This document shows positions 28,320 through 38,192 of a DNA stretch of 64,000 nucleotides, piece after piece. The stretch is from Camelus ferus (lineage: Eukaryota). Numbering within the stretch: the stretch's first letter is position 1; every line of letters starts with the position of its first letter. The notes under the pieces were generated by a model, which ran no database searches, was not told the DNA's origin, and worked only from the letters and a program-made list of their open reading frames with translations. The stretch covers positions 110,610,001 through 110,674,000 of the forward strand of contig NC_045697.1 of NCBI RefSeq assembly GCF_009834535.1. Direction: 5' to 3'. The translations under genes and the position numbers were made by a program.

Positions 28320-28420
28320 AGGAAGAGATTGTCAGATTCACTTCTTCCAATTATCTTATTTCAGAAATGAGGGAACAGAGGCCCAGGGAGTTCATGTGCC
28401 TTGTTCAAGGTCACACACTT
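28320..28420. mobile_element. MIR fragment truncated at the EVE boundary
   Basis: tttcagaaatgagggaacagaggcccagggag...cttgttcaaggtcacaca stops abruptly; a possible continuation ctaaaaagtgtagattagggg lies at 33141. Confidence 0.7.
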
Positions 28421-28424
28421 TCTT

Positions 28425-29049
28425 AGTTCTCTCTTTTGCCGAATTTTCCTGTCAATGATCTCTACATTGGCCCCTCCATTTTTCTGGGTAAGTTACACAG
28501 ATTCTGATCTTTCTGACAATACATGTGAAGGTTTTCCTGGAAATGTGATGTGAGTCTTCTACCTTCTGTCTTTGTAATAGTTTGCTTTAGATGAACTCTG
28601 TCAACATCTGCTCTATCTTGACGATTTTGTTTTCTGAGAATCTGGCATTGTCTAGTATGACCCAAAGCTGACTGGTACATTTAGAATCATAAATTTGAGA
28701 ACTGTCCCTGGGACATTTATATTCAAGCAGTTTTCTTTGTGAAACGCTTTCCCGGCATTGCTGACTCTTAGCCAGGATTAGACGGCTTACATCAGAATAT
28801 AACAAACTCCCAGTTGAAAAATCAGCATTTAATTGAATTAATGAAAGAGTATAGATTGGTGAGAAATATACTGGCCACTCCAAAAACGTCAGCATAATCT
28901 CTAAGCAGAATTCAGGAAAACTCAAAATGCTTCACAATTGCCAAAGTCATTAGAGAAAGCGTCTTAGTCTTGGGTTCAGCATTGTGCTGCAAAACCCAAT
29001 TATTATTAGTAATACGTTTTTATATGTGACGTTGACTCAATTCCTGCAT
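28425..29049 (-). pseudogene. Second filovirus-like gene, 3'-truncated; best fit VP24, alternative VP30
   Basis: MQELSQRH..ITNN..LQHN ~ Marburg VP24 MAELSTRY..VTEN..LDLN; TNLYS ~ RNLFS; RLILA (28784) ~ Ebola RVILA; FI*SKL ~ FINKL at near-identical spacing. Competing VP30-like motifs: LNINV/PRDS ~ LNITAPKDS and VEDS ~ IEDS. Confidence 0.5.
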
Positions 29050-29192
29050 TTCAGCTCTCATTTTACTATTATCATCTTGTTTCCTAGCTGCTTTCTCTTG
29101 TCTTGTCTTTTTATTGCTAAAAGGAAGCTTGAAAGTAGAGAAGTTGAATTACCTGTACTATAGTTGAGTGTACTGTAGCCTAGTGGTGATTT

Positions 29193-29961
29193 TTTTTCTG
29201 CCTCTTTAGAAATACATTTTTTTCTTTTTCTTTTTTTTTTTTCGGTTGCATTTACATACAATATTATGTTAGTTTCAGGTGTACAAAATAGTGATGCAAC
29301 ATTTACATACATTCAGAATTGATCACTGAAAGAAAAAGAAAAATACCACATGATATCTCTCACTCATATGAGGAATCCAAGAAAAAAAAGAAGACAAATG
29401 AAATTATATATAAAACAGAAGGAGACTCACAGACATAGAATACAAACTTGTGGTTGCCAGGGGGAAGGCGGTGGGAAGGGATAAACTGGGAGTTCAAGAT
29501 TTGCAGATACTGACTGGTATATATAAAATAGATAAACAAGTTTATGCTGTATGGCACAGGGAAATGTATTCAAGATCTTGTAGTAGCTCACAGTGAAAAA
29601 GAATATGAAGATGAATATACATATATATATTCATGCATGACTGAAAAATTGTGCTGTACACCAGAAATTGACACATTGTAAACTGACTATAACACAATAA
29701 AAAAATTTACAAAATGAATTGATCACCATAATGAGTCTAGTAATCATCTGTCATCATGCAAAGTTATTACAATATTGTTAACTGTATTCTGTCTACTGTA
29801 CGTGACATCCACATGCCTTATTTGTTTTATAACTGGAAGTGGGTGCCTCTTAATCCCCTTCACTCATCGTCCCAGTCCCCAGACCTCCTGCTCTCTAGTG
29901 ACCACCAGTTTGTTCTCTGTATTTATAAGTCTGTTTTCTGTTTTATTTTATTCATCCATTG
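29193..29961 (-). mobile_element. Older L1 3' end inserted in the EVE
   Basis: T-rich tail, L1 3' UTR (ttagtttcaggtgtacaaaatagtg), possible TSD tggtgattt at 29184 and 29963. Confidence 0.8.
29327..29715 (+). mobile_element. Younger L1 3' end nested in the older L1
   Basis: Perfect 11-bp TSD gaattgatcac (29316-29326, 29716-29726); same 3' UTR family as 7443-8283. Confidence 0.9.
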
Positions 29962-30350
29962 TTGGTGATTTCTTTCCAGTGTGATTTTGCTGTTTCTGTG
30001 CATCTGTACAGAATGGATAATTGTTAGGAGTTAACTGTTTTTGAATTGGTAGAGACATTTAGAGTTTGGAAGAAACAGGTTATCCCTGGAAAGTCATATC
30101 AGAGGTAGGCTGATAGGCCTTGAGGCAAAAGTCAAAAGTAGTTTGGAGGAATGAGAAAGAAGGTAGTTAAGTGGAAGTTGCTAGTGAGTTCCTGGAGGTG
30201 CCAGGCCTAAGCGGGACCTGAAGATCATAAGAAATTAGTTTTGGTGGGTATCTGGGGAATTCACTCAGGGGAGACAGGCCGGGGGTGAGACCAGGGTAAC
30301 TTTAAAATGGGAATACAAATTTCCTGAGAACAAAGGGAGAGAAGGATTTA

Positions 30351-30426
30351 GTTGGAAAGAGGCTGACTTTTTGAGAAGGCCTGAGTCAAATTCTTCCATC
30401 TGGCCAAGGAATTTTTTTCTGTTATT
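30351..30426 (-). promoter_or_regulatory. Relic filovirus-like gene-end / intergenic / gene-start junction
   Basis: Minus strand AATAACAGAAAAAAA (cf. ATTAAGAAAAAA), an 11-nt spacer, then GATGGAAGAATT (cf. GATGAAGATT) opening a stem-loop. Confidence 0.5.
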
Positions 30427-30507
30427 GGTTATAAGAATAATGTATATTTTCTCTCTGTTGTTGAAATTGGGCACATTCTAACGATCTGTCCTCAAGTCCA
30501 AGTTCTT

Positions 30508-30680
30508 CTATCCAGTCAGTTGTCGATGGACATTTAGGTCACTTCCATGTCTTGGCTATTGTAAATAGTGCAGCTATGAACACTGGGGTTCATGTATCTT
30601 TTTGAATCAGAGTTTCCTCTAGATATATTTCCAGAGGTGGGATTGCTGGAGCATGGGATAAATCTATTTTCAGTTTTTCA
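30508..30680 (-). mobile_element. Internal L1 fragment lacking 3' end and tail
   Basis: gatggacatttagg...ccatgtcttggctattgtaaatagtg...gggattgctgga, homologous to 7920-8090; I found no poly-T or TSD. Confidence 0.85.
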
Positions 30681-30725
30681 TTTTGCTTTTGACAGAAGAC
30701 AGAACCGAGGCCCCTGATAGAAAAT

Positions 30726-32579
30726 TTAGTGATGTTGAGTTTTATCAGTTTATGCATACATTTTATACAACTTGAAAGGAATTTCTTTTCAGGGAAAATC
30801 CTTAACCTCTTGATAAGTGAATTTAGGCATAAATTGGATCTCTAAGGAAAATTGCAGAGGGGACTTCTGTTTTAAATGAGAACATTGAACTGGGTATCAC
30901 CTAACATTTTTCCAACCATAAGATTCTCTGAGAGCTGAGTATCAGTAAGGACCCAGATGAGATTAAGCTGCATTTTCAGTGGTCCCAGTAAACAAAGTTT
31001 GGCAGCCTTAGGAGTGGAACTAGAGAAAACTGATGGTGAGTGTGGCCTCGGGTAGAAACTGGAATGGCTGAGGAGGAAGGACGTGACAGATTATGTGACA
31101 TTATAGGGAGCAGGTTAAAGACTGAACTCATGGTCAAGTCCTGGTGGGAGGAAAGTGGAGCCAGGAGGAGACTGATGATGAATATTTTGAGGATTTCCAT
31201 CTCTTTCAGTTTCAATGGCCTTAAGCTTCTTGGGAAAAAGGTGTTATGTGTTTAGTTAATAAGTATTGGTGTTGGCAGCACTATACTGTGTTTCAGGAGC
31301 ACTTTTATTTCTATAATGGACATGGTTGAATAGGGGGTGTTCAGTGGAAGTTTCTGGAGCCAGGTGGTCTTGGTGTGGGCATTGATCACTCCTCCCCATG
31401 GCCTGGTCGGGGCAGGGTAACTCATCAACGATGTCTGCCACCATCGCTTCCTCGGGTCCACACCAGTGGTTCTCATGCTCCCCTCTTTGGGTGCCTGCCT
31501 TCTCTGAAAGTAGTAAAACTTTCTAGGAGAAATTTGCTGAGGCCTCTCCCTAAAATAGCCTTTTCGTTGTTTTCTCTAAAGATTGTGGAACCTTCTGGGT
31601 TCCCTCTTGTGTCCTCCCAGCACTGTAGGATAACCATATATTCTCTGTAAACTAGGTATGCCAGACCATAATCCTTAAATTTCCGCAGCCCGGGACACTT
31701 AATGTGAGTCACAAGCTGATCAGTATCTCAAGGGAGAAGGAGGACATCCCTACAGTTGGGAGAATTAACCTAGAACAATTTGGTCATGTATCACAATTAG
31801 ACTCTTCATAATATGTAATGCAGCAGCCGAATACATTTAAAGTGGTAAGGGTTAGCGTCAGTCACTTTACTATATTATAATAAAAGAAGGTTTATGCCTC
31901 ATACACTGACATGTATTAAACTAAAGTTTATTAGCATGTGATGTCTTCAGTATTTCCTACAACTTCTTTTACAGTCTCAGTAAAGTCCATTAAGTCCCAA
32001 CTCTTCACTCATGTAGGTGCTCTGACCACACCTTGAATGAAAGTTTCGCTTGAAACAGACACAGCAGCATTACAGAAGTGGGGTTCTTTTATTCTTACAG
32101 TCAGCATCAGACATTCAGAAATCCTCCCATTATCAACGACTAGGAAAAGGACAGATTAAGGGAATCAGATTAGGTGAAAGACAGAGATTTTGGTAGATTC
32201 TTATAACTTCTTCATCCGAGGTTGGAGACCATATCTCAGATATTTCCGTCAACCCATGTGTCATGAATCTGTTTGATTGTTTCGCCAGTAAGAGTCAATT
32301 TGTAAGATTTACATACTTAATACTAAAGCCGTGACTTTCAGCGTAAAGAGCTATCTCTGAATCTCAGTATGGTAATTGCCAGAATGTCAACAGCTGGTTA
32401 ACATAGGATGAAAGAAGTCTTACGATAGTAACTTCTAGAGTCTGATACAATGTTAGTTGACCACAATGGACTGTGCATATTTGATTAGGGCAACTGTCAC
32501 TAGACTGAAGCTGCAAGCATTAACTAACTGCTGGATATATATTGTCACAGAGTCCTCGCTGAAGTATTTGAAAGTCCAT
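30726..32579 (-). pseudogene. Filovirus nucleoprotein (NP)-like pseudogene, full length (~617 codons), many stops and frameshifts
   Basis: Collinear hand matches to Ebola NP: MDFQILQRGL~MDYHKILTAGL (32579); YAESHGF~YLEGHGF (32345); GGFLN~GQFLS; QGVVRAPT~QGLIQYPT (32035); SVYEA..IVK~SVAQA..IVK (31909); LSVPGCGNL/DYGL/PSLQRI~LNLSGVNNLEHGLFPQLSAI (31702); FHNL/RE~YQQLRE; GPL/NAA~GPFDAV (30985); FP*~FYW; QHH-stop~QHHQ-stop (30726). Confidence 0.88.
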
Positions 32580-33058
32580 TATAGCCACTGCTATCAAGTT
32601 CAAATCTTGCAAGTGGTCCTCTGGAGACTACTGTCTGAGGTTGAGGATGTAGTTCAAGGAGCTCTTCCTGTCTTCTTCCCATCAACGTAAAACGGAGGGA
32701 ACAACTCCAGTTTCTAAACTACAGAAACTCTGTGCTCACCCAGAAGAAGACTCTGCTGTTTTCCCACATCTAACCATGTTTCTATAGATGCTGGGGAGTG
32801 TAGGAGTGAGAATTATTGCCATATAGTTTTCACGGGAGTATTAACAGCAAATAAATGACGGAGGGTAGCTGAAGGCCACAGAGGGAGTGGAAGTTACATG
32901 GTAATACAGTCAGTGATTTTTTCTGCAGTTCCAGCCTTGCTTATTTTCTTAGAACAAAAACCTCTGTCTGGTGATTTTGGAATGCCTCAGGATTGATCAT
33001 CTGAATTTCAATTTATAGCCTTTTAGAGATCAAAGGTCCTGGCTTTTTGACTATCTGG

Positions 33059-33124
33059 CTAATATTGGCCATAACTACTATTTAACATTATGTCTAAATC
33101 TCACTAGAGCTTGTTTTGTTGTCA
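33059..33124 (-). promoter_or_regulatory. Candidate viral leader plus NP gene-start signal
   Basis: Minus strand GACAACAAAACAAG (cf. Marburg terminus AGACACACAAAAACAAG); ~53 nt later TAGTTAT-GGCCAATATTAG (cf. Ebola TAACTAT-GAGGAAGATTAA, Marburg GAAGAATATTAA). Confidence 0.4.
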
Positions 33125-34101
33125 TATGTCTTCTTTTTCCCTAAAAAGTGTAGATTAGGGGAAAAACTCATCCATTACAATTTTATGATAGCTATATGTA
33201 TACATTAACTGCTATGCAAATTCTATATAGCAGAGCAAAATTGCAGCATTTATTGCTTTTTTTTTGTCATTAAGGCAGCATATGATAGAACTCACTGAAG
33301 CAGGAAGTTCTCTCCCTCTCTGTCTCTCCGATGATGAAACTGTCCTAAGGAGATGGCTCCTCAGGCAGGATGGACTTATTTATAAGAATTGTTTTCAGCA
33401 TGATGGTTGAACTCATCTTGAACATATTATTAATATGTTTCTGTTGCTGTTACCTTTAGCATGTCTTCTAGCCTATGTAATTCTGAGTGTCTCCCATCCA
33501 GATTAACTCTGACTCTGTTTCTCTCTCTAACTACCACCTAATCTCCTTTCCTTCTGCTCCACATTTTTAGAAGTTTATTTTATAGTCTCTAAACATCCAT
33601 TTACTTTTCAACTCACAGCTCCCCGACAGCAGCTCCCGCCTGTCGACTGAAACTGTTTCCTTTAAGGCCATGGTGTCTGCCTCAGGATCGCCATATCCAG
33701 GTGTGGGGGTTCTGCTCTACCTAACTGCAGAGGTGACACTCAGCCCTAGTGTTGTGCAGAGGACAACTTACACAACTGGACCTAGTGGAGTAGGTAGTTG
33801 GTTCTTTCTAGCCCTGCCTCATCAGCCCTGGGCTTGGTCACTGTTAACCACACCCCTTTACTCTACTCATGGCCCCATCACTTCATTCTCTTCCTCTGTC
33901 CGTTCCTCACGTTCGGTGTTCTCTGGGATTTAGTCATTGACCCACCTCTCTTCTCATCCTACCTGTCCTCCCTGGAACATCTCACTGTAGGCTGCCTACA
34001 CCTTTGGGTACCATTATCTTCAGCTACCTGCACCTTTAGGTACAGGGAGCATATAAGTGGGATGTCCCAGGAGTGTAGCTGGAGTGAGAAGAGAAGTGAG
34101 C

Positions 34102-34479
34102 TGTGTTAGTTTGCCCAGGCTGCCATCAAAACATCATAAAAACCAGAATGGCTTAAAAAACAGAAATGTATTTCTCACAGTTCTGGAAGCTGGAAAACCC
34201 AAGAGCTAGGTGCTGGCCACTTCGGTTCCTGATGAGAGCTTTCTCCCTGGTTTGCAGGTATCCACTTTCTTGCAGTGTCCTCACAGGTAGAGAGAGAGAG
34301 AGAGAGACCTTTCTGGTGTCTCTTCTTATAAGGACCCCAATCCTATCATATCAGGGCCTATCTTTATAACCTCATTTAACCTTAAATATCTCCTTATAGG
34401 CTCTGTCTCCAAATACAGCCACATTAGGAGTTAGGGCTTCAGCATATGAATTTTGGAAGATACAATTAAGTATACAGTA
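34102..34479. mobile_element. MLT1 (MaLR) LTR
   Basis: tgtgttagtttgcccaggctgcc...tttctcacagttctggaagctgg...tcatttaaccttaa...gcatatgaattttgg. Confidence 0.85.
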
Positions 34480-34953
34480 TGGGGGCACTGACTAAGTTCT
34501 GCATTCTGGAGGACATCTGGATCTTCCTGACGCTTCAGTTTTAACTCAACCACCTGCTGGTCACCCACACCTGGAAACCTTCCAGGCGTTTCATACTCAG
34601 TGTGTCCCAAATAAAAAATAAGGCATCCTTATTCTCCCAGGATAAATCTGGGTCGTTGTCTCTGACCCATTTGTCTCCTTTTACTCTGCATCATGACCTG
34701 CTGGTTTTACCCTCTACATTTATTTGAAAATGTCTTCTGTTCTAGTCTCATTATCGCTGTCTTTGTTCATGTCATCATCATTTTTCCCCTGGCCCAATGT
34801 GGCAGTTACTTTACTGGTTTTGCATCTCCATCTCACCCCTGCCAGAGAGATATACATAAAATGGTGATTTTCCATTACTCATACTAGAAAGCTCAAACTC
34901 TGTCCTGTTGCATAAAAGGCTCCCGTCGTCTTGTACCTCCATGCTCTCCGGTC

Positions 34954-35120
34954 CAGTGGTTCTCAACCTTTCGTGTGCATAAGAAACCCTTCTTGGAGCT
35001 TGCTAAAACCCTCCTAGTCCTGATTTGGTGAGGCTGGATCAGGACCTAAGGGTCTGCAGTTTTAGCAAGCTCCCCAGATGATTCTGATACAAGTAGCTCC
35101 TCCACATGTGGAGAAAACTG
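34954..35120. mobile_element. MER5A-like element
   Basis: cagtggttctcaa ... agcaagctccccagatgattctgat ... gagaaaactg. Confidence 0.75.
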
Positions 35121-36883
35121 TGTGGGCCTCATCGATCTCCTGTCTCTTTTTCACAGTTTTTGCTCTAGGAACACATTCATCATTGCCGTTTACCATCATT
35201 GCTGCAATTATCACTTATATGCCAGTCTCCCTTGAATGGGCCATGATGACACTTCATTTTGGTCCAGAGACAAAGTGAGAAATAAAATGCAGAGATCCCT
35301 GATTGTGGCCCAGCAAGAACAGCCTCCCATGGGAGCAGGCACGCCTGTGAATGATGACTGGCTCCCCCTCCAGTCTCATGGTATAAAAGATAGCGTGCTT
35401 ATCAGAGGAGAGTCAGAAAAACAGAAAGCATGATGGGTGTTCCAAAACAGAGGGGTTGCCACACAGAGAATGGATTACACTGATGTTGAAAGGCTGAAGG
35501 AGCAATAAAAGACATTGAGGCAATCCAGCATCTTTAGTGAAAGCAGGAAGCAGCTACCACTCTTAGGGCTGAAGTAACTTAGAAACTAACAAATGCAAAT
35601 GTGGCTACAACCGCTATGCCTGGCGACACAAGGGGTAAGAGAAGCCACAAGCTCGGACAGCACTGCATAGAAGGTACTCAGACGACTAAGGGTGGGGGAT
35701 TCCCTAGGGATGGGGACTGAGGGTGTGAAAGAAGCTGGGTCTGGCTTCTTTTGCTGGCATGAGGTTAACAGGAACTGGAAAGCAGACAGCGCATTCCTTC
35801 TTCCCAGTCTTGCCCTCCAATGAAACCAGCTGTCCAGGGAGTCTGAGTAATGCCGTTGGTAGACCCAAGCCCCACATCGCAGGGTAGAATGTAACAGGGA
35901 GTTCGGGGTGGGAGCCGAGGACTACAGGCAAAAAGCAGGGCAGTCAGCTTGCCAGAGAGCGCTTTGCCCCCGGCCTGAAGGCGCTGGGTGACAGTCAGTG
36001 TCGGGAGCACCTCCCCCCCGAGGCACTGGGGAGTCATGGCCACGCTCCGGTGTCCCAGGTAGCACATGGCTTTTGCACTACTTGTTTGCTGATCTAGTGG
36101 TTCCAAAGTAAAAAAGTGCCTTAAACCTCATCCGGTGACAGTTCTGCCGACCTCTGCATCTGGGTCAGCCTGGCGGTCTGACTAGTTTATTTTACCTCTA
36201 AACTCTGAGGGCTCTGAGCTCAGGTGCCTTGTTCTCACAGGCTGCGTGTCCTCAGAGCTGGGCACAGGGCTGACTCATAGCAGTCCCTTAATGAATTTTT
36301 TTTTAACAAATGAAAAATTTTACTACATAGAAAAGCAAGGGAGATGTATGTGACTTTATGTACGTTTTGTATCATGTGACTCTGGGAAAATCATTTGCTT
36401 GACTGAAAGATTGATGGCTCCAGGTGGCACTGGGTGAACCTACCTGGGATCCTCACGGCAGAGTAGAGTCAGCAAGAAGGAGAAAGGAGGTCAGGGAATG
36501 AGGAGAGGAAGCCTTAAGAGGCAGGCACCACGGGGGTGAGAGAGTGAGAGCCGCCCCCCGACACTGAAGTAGACAGAGCGCCCAGAGTGAGGGGCAGACT
36601 TCTCTAACTGCAGAAAACCCTCCAGCCTCCCCCACAGATGCCATCCCCGGGAGTGTTCTGTGTGTCGCTGCTTCCCTCCCTTGAAACCCATCACTGGAGT
36701 GCCTGGTGGCAGGCACTGGGGTTGCAATGGGGGGGCGAGTGCGCTGTGGAGAGTGGGCACATAAAAGAGCTCCCTTGGGCTAGCTTTTCTTGGTCTTATT
36801 TCCAAACTACTTCCTCTGGTAAAAAACAAAAACAAAAACAGAAACAAAAACAAACCACCACCAACAAAACAACATATACCCTA

Positions 36884-36886
<3 letters not shown>

Positions 36887-36926
<40 letters not shown>
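36887..36926. repeat. (CA)20 microsatellite
   Basis: Read directly from the sequence. Confidence 0.98.
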
Positions 36927-36927
<1 letters not shown>

Positions 36928-37869
36928 TCAGATCAGGCGAATCAACCCTGGCAATCAGCAGGGAGACTGCTCTCGCTGTTGGATCACCCTCATCCTCAAT
37001 GCCTGTTTTCCGTGGGGACCTTCCATGATGTCTCTGCTCTTCATTTATGACCATGCTTTCCCAATATAGAGTGTCTACAAAAGGTGTGAGAATTTAGGAC
37101 TCATGGTAATAATGACCAGTATTTACTGATCAGTGTAATCAACCCAGGTCGCAACAGGAAACAGATGACACACATAAGTAGGATTTTTGAAAGAGTTTTT
37201 TTATGAAGGCACAATTTAGAGAGCGGCAGGCAGGGTAAAGGGAAGCAAGAAGGGTGGATGTGGTGCCTCCTGAAACTGGCTGCGTAGAAAGCCCTCAGCC
37301 TTGACATCAAGAGGCCTGGGAGGAACAGTGTTCCTGGGTGACCCAGAGCTCGAGGAGGGGATGTTCAGACTGAGCTGCAGTCAGGGAAGGTCCCTGCAAA
37401 GGGAGGGAGGAGGAGGAAAACTTCCCCAAATTCTTGTTCCTCCTTCCTTCCCCTCTCCTGACACTGCTTCCAGTTGGCCAGAAAACAGCTCAGGAGCCTG
37501 GGTGATGCAGCCTCTGCGGGTCAGCAGAGAATGAGTGGGACAGAGACGTACAGAGAATGAGCTGTGGCAAATGGAGAGGATGGCAGAAATTATGTGAAGT
37601 GGGTATTATCACCAACTTACAGATAAGGAAACTGAGGCACAGGGAGGTGAAGGCCACAGATGGTAGGATTCACCCTGTGTCACCTCGGACGCCAAGCCCC
37701 TCCATGTCAATCAGCTGCTTCCCGTGGCCCTCGGCCCCTCCTCTTAGCCAGACGGTGCTTTTCCTGCAGGGTAGCATTCAGTGAGTCAGAGTAGGTGTTC
37801 AGCACAACATAGACTTGAAATGTCATTTGATTTTATGATTTTACGTCACAATCCTAAACAAGAGTCTTT

Positions 37870-38192
37870 TTCTTTAGTGCTTAAGATATTATTAAAAATT
37901 TTTATTGCGGTATAATTGACATAAAACTTTTTATTAGTTTCAGGTGTACAACACAATGGTTCGATATCTACATATACTGTGAAATTATCACCATAATAAG
38001 TCTAGTCAACATCTGTCACCACCCAGTTATCATTTTTTTTCTTGCGATGAGGACTTTTAAGATCTATTTCTTAACAACTTTCAAATATGGTATACAGTAT
38101 TATTAACTGTAGTCACCATGCTATACCTTACATCACCAGAACCTATTTATTTTATGTGGAGTTTATACTTTTTGACCCCCTGCACCCAAAGG
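37870..38192 (-). mobile_element. L1 3' end
   Basis: ttagtttcaggtgtacaaca...ataagtctagtcaacatctgtcacc; possible TSD agagtcttt (37861, 38193). Confidence 0.8.

Larger units (their letters stand above)
28425..33124 (-). other. Endogenous filovirus-like element (multi-gene paleovirus insertion)
   Basis: Contains an NP pseudogene, a gene junction and a second viral-like gene. Degraded TSD gtcacacactttctt (28410-28424) / gtcatatgtcttctt (33121-33135): 10/15 identical, all differences transitions. Confidence 0.8.

Noticed and set aside
28630..28670. VILDNARF as a Tc1/IS630 transposase DDE motif
   Set aside because: No other transposase motifs or convincing TIRs.
30976..31215. ORF MEILKIFIISLLLAPLSS... 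resembling a signal peptide and a rhabdovirus G start (LLPIMSHNLSRP)
   Set aside because: It lies inside the NP span, in the variable region between the core and C-terminal matches, and no further G similarity follows.
31615..31660. SLQRIYGYPTV as a Mononegavirales L 'GHP' motif
   Set aside because: The flanks do not fit L; the segment fits NP PQLSAIALGVAT collinearly.
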